Virus record (IMG/VR): IMGVR_UViG_3300032138_000008
Coordinates: 1 to 64,000 of that record
Length of the DNA: 64,000 bases
DNA from: a virus
Taxonomy: Duplodnaviria > Caudoviricetes
Direction: 5' to 3' (one strand)
The notes under the pieces were generated by a model. It searched no databases and was not told the origin of the DNA. It saw only the letters and a list, made by a program, of their open reading frames with translations. The position numbers and the translations under genes are program-made. Shown piece by piece: positions 11,245-20,972 of this stretch (position 1 is its first letter; each line of letters starts with the position of its first letter).

Positions 11245-12252
11245 ATGGCTTTTTTAGATAACTCGGGTGACATCATCCTAGATGCAGTATTGACCGAGGG
11301 TGGTCGCAAACGAATGGCGACCGGTAATTTTCGAATTACTAAATTTGCCCTTGGCGATGACGGCATCAATTACGCCCTTTATAACCCGAATACGGGTTCG
11401 GCATATACGGATTTGGAGATTCTTCAAACTCCTGTTTTAGAGGCGACAACGCAGACCAACGCTAATATTTCTTATGGATTGTTATCAATCTCTAGAAATG
11501 ATATGCTTTATCTGCCGAGATTAAAGGTGAATGAATTAGTTGACAACACGGCCGCCGATTATAATAATGTATTTTATTTGGCTGCAAACTCAGAGACTGC
11601 CGACGCCCTGGAAGCCACAACCGCTACGGCTAATCCGAAATACGTGCTGAGAAATCAGAACACAACCGGCACTAAGATCGTCTTAGAATCCGGGCTTGAT
11701 GGCGCCGGAAACGACGGCGTCACGGGAACACAAGAAAACCAAACCAACTATTTGGTAAGTCTAAATCTCGACGACGAAACTTTCACGATTTCTGTGGATA
11801 ACAGGTTTTTGGTCGGAGTGTATGGTCCCCAACGCGGCAACAACACTAAATTTACGAACCAACCATCAGGACAACGCGACGTCAGCTTGCCACTACAGGC
11901 TATAGCCGGCCGCTCTGTAACTCAAGGATTGAACAACTATAGTACTTATGTGGCGAATGGGATCAGGAATCGTGTTTATTATACGGGCACATCGACCGCT
12001 GCCACTACTGTTTCAGCTATTGATGGACCTCGCGCGAGAGTCGTGGCACTTAATTTTGCAGTAGATACCGCTCTGACATCTGTGTCTTCGGGCGCTAGAA
12101 GTTCTAAATATAGTCTTTATGGCTCCATTGGTCAAGATTTATTTGGCGACGGCAATACTTACGATTATATAGATATCCTGGTGTATGTGATTGGTGTAAG
12201 ATCGGCAGCGCAATACCAATTGCCAATTAGACTTACAAGGCGAGCTAGCTAG
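11245..12252 (+). CDS. Baseplate/tail-fibre-attachment protein, paralog A2 (335 aa)
   Basis: MAFLDNSGDIILDAVLTEGGRKRMATGNFRITKFALGDD; C-terminus YDYID...QLPIRLTR matches 10120; GAGG upstream. Confidence 0.55.
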   Translation: MAFLDNSGDIILDAVLTEGGRKRMATGNFRITKFALGDDGINYALYNPNTGSAYTDLEILQTPVLEATTQTNANISYGLLSISRNDMLYLPRLKVNELVDNTAADYNNVFYLAANSETADALEATTATANPKYVLRNQNTTGTKIVLESGLDGAGNDGVTGTQENQTNYLVSLNLDDETFTISVDNRFLVGVYGPQRGNNTKFTNQPSGQRDVSLPLQAIAGRSVTQGLNNYSTYVANGIRNRVYYTGTSTAATTVSAIDGPRARVVALNFAVDTALTSVSSGARSSKYSLYGSIGQDLFGDGNTYDYIDILVYVIGVRSAAQYQLPIRLTRRAS

Positions 12253-12270
12253 CTATAACGGAGATTATAA

Positions 12271-13383
12271 ATGCCAGTACAGAATTATGAACAACTAAAC
12301 GTCAACACCGACGTTACCACCACACGCACCGTGTTACACGAAGCAATCCCCATCACAGGGTCGATTGTCTCAGGAACGTATGGAAATTGGCCGAACGAAA
12401 ATAACATCAAGAACTATTCGGCAGGGATGTTTCAGTCAGTTTATGACTACCCCTATCTTAGTTCTTCGGCCAACCATATCTTCGATATTACGTTTGCATA
12501 TGCAGCCACTTCTGGCATGTCTGGTTCTTCGGGTGGTACCACTCAAAATGCCAAAAAGATTAATATGTACAACCAATTTGCCCAAGTTCTCTTGGGATAT
12601 AGTGGAAGCACCAACACAATCGAAACTTTCGAAAGTGATTTAAATTATGGCGATGACAACCGACAAATGAAAGAAGTCTTTGTTGTCAACTTTTCTCGCC
12701 TCCTCACGAAGGACCAAATCAAGAAAGGTTCTTTCTCGTTAGTCCTTGGAACCGGTAGCTGGAACAATCCTTTCGAACACGCCGGCGGTGGCGATACTAC
12801 CCTCACCATCACAGACGCATCAGCGTCCTCTGCAAACGATCAAGGCACCAAAAACACCATTGGTGGTGATTATGGAGTGCTTTTTATGTCTCAATCCGGA
12901 GAGGCCGGTGGCACCCCTCACTATAGAACCAGTGATGCAGTTGGCGTACTCTTCTATCAATCAGGAATTGCGATGGTTACTGCTTCGGTGTTTAATTCGT
13001 CTTCCGACTTCTACACAGGCAGCGGCGGTTCAGTATATTACAACATCACGCAGTCGCTCTCCGGCGCAAATATCACCGGATCCTGTGATGCATTAAGACA
13101 CCGCGTTCAAAGCTTGTCTTTCAACAACACAACCGAGATTAACTCGCAGATCTATTTCTGTCGAGTACCTCACAATAAATTCAACTATAGCTCGAATCCT
13201 ACCTATTTGACTGGAAGCAAGATTAGAGTTAAGAATGTTGCCAGCGATAATCCAGTATCATACATTACAACTATCGGCTTGTATGCGCCGGATAATGAGC
13301 TATTAGCCGTCGCAAAACTCTCCGAGCCTCTTAAGAAAGATCCAACTAACGAGATGACTTTGCGAGTTAGATTGGACTACTAA
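12271..13383 (+). CDS. Baseplate/tail-fibre-associated protein, paralog B1 (370 aa)
   Basis: C-terminal YITTIGLYAPDNELLAVAKLSEPLKK resembles the C-terminal half of the P2 gpH/DUF3751 domain. Confidence 0.55.
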   Translation: MPVQNYEQLNVNTDVTTTRTVLHEAIPITGSIVSGTYGNWPNENNIKNYSAGMFQSVYDYPYLSSSANHIFDITFAYAATSGMSGSSGGTTQNAKKINMYNQFAQVLLGYSGSTNTIETFESDLNYGDDNRQMKEVFVVNFSRLLTKDQIKKGSFSLVLGTGSWNNPFEHAGGGDTTLTITDASASSANDQGTKNTIGGDYGVLFMSQSGEAGGTPHYRTSDAVGVLFYQSGIAMVTASVFNSSSDFYTGSGGSVYYNITQSLSGANITGSCDALRHRVQSLSFNNTTEINSQIYFCRVPHNKFNYSSNPTYLTGSKIRVKNVASDNPVSYITTIGLYAPDNELLAVAKLSEPLKKDPTNEMTLRVRLDY

Positions 13384-13385
13384 AA

Positions 13386-14708
13386 ATGTCGTTCAAGAAA
13401 TTTGAACCAAAAGACATATTATTAAACACAATGAAAGCTCACCCTAGTTGTGAGTTTTTCATTTACAATGGAAATGTTTACTATAATAACACTCCACAGT
13501 TGTTAGGTTCTAACGGAGGACAAGTCTTAAATGTACCTCCTGGTTATTTGAGCCTTTATGAATATAACATTGATCGTGTATTAAACGTTAACAACTTTAT
13601 CTATCCTTTCATTCGCAAAGATTCTGCGAGGGCGAGCTTTAAGACCACCATCGCATCTAGTAGTGAAGGCGGCTGGACCCCAAACGAATGGGAGAGTGCC
13701 GTTAACTCCGAGGTTCTTTATGGAGAATACCCGCTTTCGGCTTCTATCACACGGAAGTATATTACAAAGCCTTCATCGTCAGCAGACCCATCTGATGCGT
13801 CGGCAGCGTGGGGGCCCGAAGGAGAATACAACAAACAATTTGTTGCCTTAAAGAACCGGTTGGACTTTTATGGCAACCGAAGCAAGCACTATTTGGTCTC
13901 GTCCTCCTTCGGAAACAAAAACACCCAGACCCTCAATACTATTAACATTCCGTCTATTTTTTATGGCTCACAAATTCAGCCCGGAAGTGTCTGTCTTAAG
14001 TTTTATTGGACAGGCTCTTTAGCCGGCGAACTGAGAGACGTCAAACAAAACGGAGAATTAATCCAGGTCTCAGGCACACATCAGGATACCGCCTTTAGTC
14101 ATGATAATAACAGCGACCCTTTGGGAAGAGTAGCCGGCGTCGTCCTATACGACGAAGGCATCATTATGCTTACCGGATCCTGGAAGCTTGATGGCGATGT
14201 TGCCAATACCTTTTTGCCGGCAATTTCGGCATCGAGCGGACCAACGTGGTATTCGGCCGACAGTCCTCGCTGGATTAATTTCGGCGCTGGCGGAAACGAT
14301 CAAATACAAGTTAACAACATGCCCGGCAGCGATGAGGCACAATTTGTAAAAACATCTTTCAACATGTCTTTCCGAGGCACAACCGAAACACAAGTCATGA
14401 CAATGTTCGCGCATGCAAAGCGCGGAGAAGTCAATTATTCCAACAATCCAACTTACATTCAATACGGACAAGATCAGGTCAATTTCACTTCTTCACATGT
14501 TTATGAAGAAAATAATGAAAGAATGCTTGTAAATTTTGTCAGTTCGAGTTATACTAATTATTCAGCCTCTTTCAAAAGGCAAGTGTATGTTTCGAGAGTT
14601 GCGCTTTATGATGAGCACAAAAACCTTATTGGAGTCGCAACGCTCGCAAATCCCGTTCTCAAAGAAGAAGACCAGGATTACACGTTTAAACTAAAATTGG
14701 ATATTTAA
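13386..14708 (+). CDS. Baseplate/tail-fibre-associated protein, paralog B2 (440 aa)
   Basis: C-terminal NYSNNPTY...YVSRVALYDEHKNLIGVATLANPVLK homologous to 12271. Confidence 0.55.
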   Translation: MSFKKFEPKDILLNTMKAHPSCEFFIYNGNVYYNNTPQLLGSNGGQVLNVPPGYLSLYEYNIDRVLNVNNFIYPFIRKDSARASFKTTIASSSEGGWTPNEWESAVNSEVLYGEYPLSASITRKYITKPSSSADPSDASAAWGPEGEYNKQFVALKNRLDFYGNRSKHYLVSSSFGNKNTQTLNTINIPSIFYGSQIQPGSVCLKFYWTGSLAGELRDVKQNGELIQVSGTHQDTAFSHDNNSDPLGRVAGVVLYDEGIIMLTGSWKLDGDVANTFLPAISASSGPTWYSADSPRWINFGAGGNDQIQVNNMPGSDEAQFVKTSFNMSFRGTTETQVMTMFAHAKRGEVNYSNNPTYIQYGQDQVNFTSSHVYEENNERMLVNFVSSSYTNYSASFKRQVYVSRVALYDEHKNLIGVATLANPVLKEEDQDYTFKLKLDI

Positions 14709-15283
14709 TGATACTTGGTGTGGATATTTCCACCAGCATCACAGGTTTCGCAGTTGTTACCGACAATGTGCTGGTGTATTATGACTCTATTGATTTGCGA
14801 AAATACAAAGGCTTTTTCGCTAAGACAATTGCTATAAAAGAAAAGCTGATGGACATCTTTGAAATGTACCAGCTTGACAATGACCAGAAACTTCGGGGGA
14901 ATTCGGAATTTCCTATAGAGCACATTTACATCGAGCAATCGCTCCACATGTTTATGGGCGGCAAGTCATCGGCCAAAACTCTCTCAACGCTCACACGCTT
15001 TAACGGCGTTGTGGCATGGCTTCTCTTCGAACTATTTGAAATTGAACCAGAATTCATCGGCGCCTCCACTGCCCGCAAGACAGTCGGCATTAAAGTTCCG
15101 AGAGGCGAGAAAGCAAAACAAGTTGTTTTGAAATATTTACTTGACAACGAGCCCACTTTCAAGATACAATATACAAGTAAGGGCAATCCGAAACCCGAAT
15201 CATTTGATCGGGCCGATGCAATTATAATCGCGAGAGCGGGAGATATAATTGAGCGAGAAAAAGAAACACAAGATTCTGTGTGA
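14708..15283 (+). CDS. ruvC: RuvC-like Holliday junction resolvase
   Basis: MILGVDISTSITGFAV (first acidic site), HIYIEQ (Glu), DRADAIIIA (C-terminal Asp pair). Confidence 0.8.
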   Translation: MILGVDISTSITGFAVVTDNVLVYYDSIDLRKYKGFFAKTIAIKEKLMDIFEMYQLDNDQKLRGNSEFPIEHIYIEQSLHMFMGGKSSAKTLSTLTRFNGVVAWLLFELFEIEPEFIGASTARKTVGIKVPRGEKAKQVVLKYLLDNEPTFKIQYTSKGNPKPESFDRADAIIIARAGDIIEREKETQDSV

Positions 15284-16184
15284 CGTATTAGGATATTCTC
15301 ACACCAATGGTTCAGAAGCACTTTTCAAATGTCCGGCATGCGAGCACCACAAACTTAAGCTCTCTGTTAACATCCGTAAAAACGTTTTTAAGTGTTGGGT
15401 ATGTGATTATCGTGGTCGTAATGTTCGTCGGCTGGTTCGTCGTTTTGGAACGTTTGTTCAACTACAGCGATGGGAAGCACTCACGGGTCGCCATGATCTT
15501 GAGAGATTTGCTGAACTATTTGATGATCGCCTTCGTGTGGACCCTCAGCCCACTTTGGATCTTCCAGAAGAATTCGTAAGTCTTGCCGGCGCAATTCCAG
15601 CAACAGGGATATATGCTCACAAGTATTTGCACTCCCGCGGTATAACAAAGGCCGAGGTTCTTAAGTGGAAGATAGGTTATTGTTTCAGCGGTGAGTATCG
15701 CAATCGCATTATCATCCCGTCCTTCAATGATGACGGCGATGTCAGTTATTTCATCGCGAGATCCTATAGCGGAGATTCATACAAGTATAAGAATCCCAGA
15801 GCATCTAAAGACATTGTGTTCAATGAGCTATATATTGATTGGAACGATGACTTGACAATCGTGGAGGGGGTGTTTGATGCCATTACTGCCGGAAACAGCG
15901 TACCTATATTGGGGTCCACTCTGCGATCTGACTCCGATCTCATCCGCAAAATCGTCTACAACGACACGCCAGTCTTCGTTGCCCTCGACCCCGATGCGCG
16001 AGAAAAAGAGAACAGGATTATTGAGACGCTTCTTAAATACGATGTCGAGCTTTACAAGATTGACGTGAGTGGTTACGAGGATGTGGGCTCCATGCCCAAA
16101 GAAGTTTTCCGAGAGCGAAAACAAAAAGCGAGGTTTATAGATAGAGATGACTATTTATTGATGAATTTACTCTCGGCAGTATAA
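15249..16184 (+). CDS. dnaG: DnaG-like DNA primase (Zn finger + TOPRIM, no helicase-binding domain)
   Basis: CPAC...KCWVC zinc domain; YRNRIIIP, YFIARS; TOPRIM IVEGVFDAI and ALDPDA; TTG start is uncertain. Confidence 0.85.
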   Translation: MSEKKKHKILCDVLGYSHTNGSEALFKCPACEHHKLKLSVNIRKNVFKCWVCDYRGRNVRRLVRRFGTFVQLQRWEALTGRHDLERFAELFDDRLRVDPQPTLDLPEEFVSLAGAIPATGIYAHKYLHSRGITKAEVLKWKIGYCFSGEYRNRIIIPSFNDDGDVSYFIARSYSGDSYKYKNPRASKDIVFNELYIDWNDDLTIVEGVFDAITAGNSVPILGSTLRSDSDLIRKIVYNDTPVFVALDPDAREKENRIIETLLKYDVELYKIDVSGYEDVGSMPKEVFRERKQKARFIDRDDYLLMNLLSAV

Positions 16185-16195
16185 GGAGATCCCCG

Positions 16196-16456
16196 ATGAA
16201 AGTAACAAAACAACAACTTAAGCAGATTATTGACGAAACCTTAAACGAGGTTGACCTTAGACAAGCGTTTCAACAAAAGCAACAACAGCAACAACAAAAG
16301 CAACAAGGCGCCCAACAAGGCGCCCAACAAGTACCAGCAAAAATAGCGGTTGCGCAAGCTTTGTCCTCTAAATTAGGCAAAGCCGCCGCACAGGTTATAA
16401 TGTCAAAGATGGATGAACAATCCTTGAAGACGCTCGCGATGGCTTTATCACAATGA
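16196..16456 (+). CDS. Small protein with class I leader (MKVTKQQLKQIIDE) and polyQ tract; candidate internal head protein
   Basis: AAGGAG upstream; leader shared with 16453, 22097, 22659, 25634, 32684. Confidence 0.65.
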   Translation: MKVTKQQLKQIIDETLNEVDLRQAFQQKQQQQQQKQQGAQQGAQQVPAKIAVAQALSSKLGKAAAQVIMSKMDEQSLKTLAMALSQ

Positions 16457-16791
16457 AAGTAACCCAATCACAACTTAAACAACTTATCAACGAAGAGCTT
16501 GAAGCAGTTCTATCGGAACGCGGCATTCAAGCTTATGCTCCCGGATTCCCTGTTTCTCCTCATGACCAAGAACCTCATGACGAAGAAGTTGATATTTCGG
16601 GCAATCAAGAAGCTTTGGCCGAAGCCGAAGGAAAAGGGTGCGCCGAAAGCGAAGGCGGCTCCGGTTGCATTAAGAAAAGAGGCGACCAGTGGGTAATCCT
16701 GAATAACAAAAAAGGCGGAGTCTGGCGCAAATGTGATTCAGAAGCACATTGCGAAGAGATACTCGATGCTTTTCATGCCAGCAGAGGCTAA
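16453..16791 (+). CDS. Small protein with class I leader (MKVTQSQLKQLINEE) and a 4-Cys C-terminal domain; candidate internal head protein
   Basis: ATGA overlap with upstream gene; leader motif; CAESEGGSGC...CDSEAHC. Confidence 0.65.
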   Translation: MKVTQSQLKQLINEELEAVLSERGIQAYAPGFPVSPHDQEPHDEEVDISGNQEALAEAEGKGCAESEGGSGCIKKRGDQWVILNNKKGGVWRKCDSEAHCEEILDAFHASRG

Positions 16792-16800
16792 AATAAAAGC

Positions 16801-16829
16801 TTGACACCCTATCCACATTGGGTTATACT
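16801..16829 (+). promoter_or_regulatory. Sigma70-type promoter (TTGACA-17 nt-TATACT) for the Mre11-Rad50 gene
   Basis: TTGACA 16801-16806, 17-nt spacer, TATACT 16824-16829 (overlapping TATAAT 16829-16834); GGAGG 16846-16850 then GTG 16855. Confidence 0.75.
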
Positions 16830-16854
16830 ATAATAGTATCTATGCGGAGGGTAC

Positions 16855-19800
16855 GTGAAGTTTGCACATATAAGTGATACTCATATCAAAAATTTGAAGT
16901 ATCATTATGAATATCGAGTCATTTTCGAGCAGTTGTATGAGACACTGCGAGAACAAAAAGTCGATTACATTATACACTGTGGGGATATAGCCCACACCAA
17001 GACCCAGATCTCACCAGAGTTTGTTGAGATGTGTTCTGAGTTCTTTCGCAGTCTCGCTGAGATTGCACCAACCTATATCATTCTAGGAAACCATGACGGT
17101 AACCTAAAGAACAGCAGCCGGCAGGATGCGCTGACACCGATTGTCGATGCGCTCAATCTGCCGACACTGCACTTGCTCAAAGATTCAGGCGAGACTCATT
17201 TGAACGACGATTTCTGTTTGAATGTCTTGTCTGTTTTTGATCGAGACAACTGGATGAAGCCCACCAATACTGATAAGATCAATATTGCGCTTTACCATGG
17301 CTCAATCTCTAATTGTAAAACTGATACCAATTGGACGATGAGCTTCGGTGAAGATGACATATCTATCTTTGACGATTTTGACTTTGCGATGCTTGGTGAC
17401 ATTCATCGCCGTCAGTTCCTAGACCATGATGGCCGCGTCTGGTACGCCGGCTCAACTGTCCAGCAGAACCATGGCGAGACCAACGATAAAGGTCTTTTAA
17501 TTTGGGAGATTGATTCTAAAGATGAATGGGAGATTGAACCCCATGTCTTTAAAAATCCTAAACCGTTCTTTACAATTCCGCTCACGGCTAAGGGGCGTAT
17601 GCCTCGCAATCTCGAAGTGCCCGATGGCGCACGTCTGCGATTGGTTAGCAACAATAACCTTCCGCTTAACACGATGCGCCGGGCAATGGACATTGCGAAG
17701 CACCGTTTTAAACCAGAGAGTATCGCGTTCCTCAACAGAGCCGCCGGCGAACGGGGCAGCGTTGAAGACCTAACTGACGGTATTAAGACAGAAAACCTGC
17801 GAGACATTAAAGTCCAGGAAGAACTCATCGATGAATTCCTTTCGGATTATCAGACAGACACCACAACTTTGGAGCGTGTGTTTGAACTTAACAGCAAGTA
17901 CAACAAAATTATTGAAGACCGAGAGGAGATCTCTAGAAATGTAAACTGGAAACTTAAGTCATTTAAATGGGATAACCTGTTTAACTATGGTGAAGACAAT
18001 TCCATTAATTTTGAAAATCTTAACGGCATTGTGGGGGTTTTTGGAAAGAACTTCAGCGGCAAATCTAGCATCATTGATGCGGCCCTGTATACACTGTTCA
18101 ACACCACCTCAAAGAACGAGCGCAAAAACCTCAACGTTATTAATCAACATCAAGAATCTTGCGAAGGCGTTTTAGAGATCGAGATCGGACACAAAGTCTA
18201 CAACATTAAGCGCACGTCTGAGAAATACACGAAGCGCTTGAAAGGTGTTGAGACCTTAGAAGCCAAAACAGATTTGAACTTCGAAGTCTACGACCCGGTT
18301 ACAGATGAAACTACATCTTTAAACGGCACCACTCGCAATCAGACGGACGCAAATATTCGAAAGCACTTCGGGTCCATGGATGATTTTCTCGTGTCTTCTC
18401 TGGCAAGCCAGCACGGCGCATTGGGATTCATTGATGAAGGCTCGACCCGTCGTAAAGAAATCATCGCCAAGTTCCTCGATTTGGAATTATTTGACCAAAA
18501 GTTTAAGATGGCAAAAGATGATTCTGTTGAAGCCAAGGCTCTCTTGCGCAAGTATGAGAATCGAGATTACAGCACTGAGGTGCAGGCGTTAGAAACAAAC
18601 CTTCAAGAACTCACAACACAAGCGGAAACTAATCGCACAACGTGTGAGGATTATCGCAAAGAGCTTAAGCTTTTGAATGAAGGTGCGAGACGCTTAGACG
18701 AGAAGATCAATTCTATTCCGGGGAAGCTCATTGACATTACCAAAGTTGTGACAGAGCAGAAAGAGAAGCAAGTGCTGTCGAAACTTTTGGACGAGAAGAT
18801 AATAAGCCAGATAGCGACAGTTGATATTAAACAACAGAAAGTTGCGATATCCGAGAGCTTGTTAGAACTTATCGATCACACGGCCCTCGCCGCCGACAAA
18901 GCGGAAATCGAAACTCTTGACCATAGTATTATGAATCTTCGAGAGGAACTTGAAAAGATTGGCAAAAAGGAAAAGCTTCTCAATAGCATTCCTTGCGGGG
19001 ATTCTTATCCTTCATGTCGATTTATCAAAGATGCTTATATTGATGTTGCCAATAAACCCGCAATTGAAGCAGACGTCCAGGCCGCCGCTCACCGACTCGA
19101 AACATTATCTCCTGATGATACTGCCGAAAAACTGGAAGAATATAGATTAACGCAAGAACTGATTGTAGAACTAAAAGCGGCGGTTGCAGCATTGCAATTA
19201 GAATGTGAACGCAACAAGAATACAAAGACAACAGTCGATCAAGAATTGTTGGAGCTTGGCACAAAGGTCGCAGAGTATAAGCAAAACAAGAAGGTTATTG
19301 ATGGGCTTGAAAAGGTCATCAAAGAACGCCAAAGCTATCAAACAAAGATCGAGACCAAAAAAGAAAAGATTGAAACCTGTGATAACGAGACCCTAGAGAT
19401 TGTACGACAAGTAGGTTCTTACGAGCAAAAGATCAAATCTCTTAAATCTCAAAGCAAAGAATATCAAGACCTTCAGAATAGCTACGCTGCTTATGATTTA
19501 CTTATGCAGTGCATGCACCCGAATGGAATCGCCTATGATATTATCAAGAAAAAGATTCCAGTGATTAATCAAGAGATTGCGAAAGTTCTCGCCAACATTG
19601 TCGAGTTCGAAGTCTTCTTTGAGACAGGTGGCAACAAGCTTGATATTTTTATTAAACATCCCAAACATGACGAAAGACCCATTGAAATGGCGTCAGGCGC
19701 CGAGAAAACAATGTCTGCCATGGCTATCCGGATGGCTCTTTTGAGTGTTTCTTCGCTTCCAAAGTCGGACTTATTTATCCTTGATGAACCCGGTACCGCC

Positions 19801-19962
19801 TTGGACGAGGAAAATATGGAGGGTTTTATTCGGATCTTGGAACTAATTAAGGTATATTTTAAGAATGTTCTGTTGATCTCACATTTGGACTCTCTCAAGG
19901 ATTGTGTTGACATGCAGATTGTAATAGAAAAGAAAAAAGGCTACGCCAAGGTAAACCAATAA
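16855..19962 (+). CDS. sbcDC: Fused Mre11/SbcD metallophosphoesterase - Rad50/SbcC ABC ATPase (1035 aa)
   Basis: HISDTH, GDIAH, LGNHD, GDIH, YAGS nuclease motifs; Walker A GKNFSGKSS; long coiled coil; signature ASGAE; Walker B ILDEPGTALD; one uninterrupted frame. Confidence 0.9.
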   Translation: MKFAHISDTHIKNLKYHYEYRVIFEQLYETLREQKVDYIIHCGDIAHTKTQISPEFVEMCSEFFRSLAEIAPTYIILGNHDGNLKNSSRQDALTPIVDALNLPTLHLLKDSGETHLNDDFCLNVLSVFDRDNWMKPTNTDKINIALYHGSISNCKTDTNWTMSFGEDDISIFDDFDFAMLGDIHRRQFLDHDGRVWYAGSTVQQNHGETNDKGLLIWEIDSKDEWEIEPHVFKNPKPFFTIPLTAKGRMPRNLEVPDGARLRLVSNNNLPLNTMRRAMDIAKHRFKPESIAFLNRAAGERGSVEDLTDGIKTENLRDIKVQEELIDEFLSDYQTDTTTLERVFELNSKYNKIIEDREEISRNVNWKLKSFKWDNLFNYGEDNSINFENLNGIVGVFGKNFSGKSSIIDAALYTLFNTTSKNERKNLNVINQHQESCEGVLEIEIGHKVYNIKRTSEKYTKRLKGVETLEAKTDLNFEVYDPVTDETTSLNGTTRNQTDANIRKHFGSMDDFLVSSLASQHGALGFIDEGSTRRKEIIAKFLDLELFDQKFKMAKDDSVEAKALLRKYENRDYSTEVQALETNLQELTTQAETNRTTCEDYRKELKLLNEGARRLDEKINSIPGKLIDITKVVTEQKEKQVLSKLLDEKIISQIATVDIKQQKVAISESLLELIDHTALAADKAEIETLDHSIMNLREELEKIGKKEKLLNSIPCGDSYPSCRFIKDAYIDVANKPAIEADVQAAAHRLETLSPDDTAEKLEEYRLTQELIVELKAAVAALQLECERNKNTKTTVDQELLELGTKVAEYKQNKKVIDGLEKVIKERQSYQTKIETKKEKIETCDNETLEIVRQVGSYEQKIKSLKSQSKEYQDLQNSYAAYDLLMQCMHPNGIAYDIIKKKIPVINQEIAKVLANIVEFEVFFETGGNKLDIFIKHPKHDERPIEMASGAEKTMSAMAIRMALLSVSSLPKSDLFILDEPGTALDEENMEGFIRILELIKVYFKNVLLISHLDSLKDCVDMQIVIEKKKGYAKVNQ

Positions 19963-20936
19963 TGAAGCTCTTAATGGAAAACTGGAAGAAGTTTGTAAAT
20001 GAAGGGAACGACCCTTCACCACTATCCCCCGAAGAAGATGATTCCGCTATTGCAGCACTAGTGCAGCAAGCGTACAACTCAGGACCGGGAGCGGTAAGAG
20101 CGTTTATGGATTCTTCCGCAGGCAAAGATCCAAAAGTCAGACAATTTTTACATAGAGCACAACAAGAATATGATGGGGATGCCTCTGATGATAATATTAG
20201 TATTCAAGGAGTCGAGGGGGCGCCCTTAACGACGCTTGTGCCTACTCAAAAATATATTGACCTAATGCAATCTGTCTCCTTTCCACTAGGTAGCGCGCCA
20301 GCCTTAAAGAAAGCTATCTCATCTAAAAAGGGATTTGGACCAATTTCAATTTCGGATAAGTTCGTTTTAGATGGGCACCATCGATGGTCTGGTCAATTTG
20401 CAATTACCCCAGACGGAACAATTTCTGCGACAAATATTCAATTACCTGGCGCATCATCACAAAAATTGGCTTCGCTTCAACTAGCAATCGGAGCTATTGA
20501 TCCAAATGCGAAAGATCCACACCCATCTAAGGGTGGCGGCGCCGCCACAAATATATTGGGCCAAGGCGCAGAAGCTATTTTTCAAAAGATTATTGCCAAT
20601 GTTGGTAACCAGACCGATAAAAAAGCCGATGGACCACTCCTAAATGATGCCATGATAGCCGAAATTATAAAAACCCAAGACCCAGTAATATTACAATGGG
20701 CTGGCTTAGAGCCGGGCCAAGCCAAAGATCCACAACAAGTTTTGAAAGCAATTGCGGCGAGAGTCGCCAAGAATTTAGGCGCCCTCCCTGCGTTTGCTGA
20801 AGGCGCGCCAGATCGCCCAGACATGCCCCAGTTAGACCACCCGTCTATTGGGGGATCCAAAGGCTATCAAAAAGTTAAGAGTCGGCTAGCAACCGGCAAT
20901 TTAAACGTTGTGCCGCCATTTGATAAGGGGAAATAG
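19962..20936 (+). CDS. ParB/sulfiredoxin-fold protein with class II leader (MKLLMENWKKFVNE)
   Basis: LVPTQ...ISISDKFVLDGHHRW matches the ParB N-terminal NTP-binding motif pattern. Confidence 0.65.
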   Translation: MKLLMENWKKFVNEGNDPSPLSPEEDDSAIAALVQQAYNSGPGAVRAFMDSSAGKDPKVRQFLHRAQQEYDGDASDDNISIQGVEGAPLTTLVPTQKYIDLMQSVSFPLGSAPALKKAISSKKGFGPISISDKFVLDGHHRWSGQFAITPDGTISATNIQLPGASSQKLASLQLAIGAIDPNAKDPHPSKGGGAATNILGQGAEAIFQKIIANVGNQTDKKADGPLLNDAMIAEIIKTQDPVILQWAGLEPGQAKDPQQVLKAIAARVAKNLGALPAFAEGAPDRPDMPQLDHPSIGGSKGYQKVKSRLATGNLNVVPPFDKGK

Positions 20937-20972
20937 TGTGTCAGACGCAAAGGTAAATAAACGGAGATTATA

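Noticed and set aside
16271-16330. Short repeats as a CRISPR array
   Set aside because: Tandem in-frame coding repeats with no unique spacers; no cas genes seen
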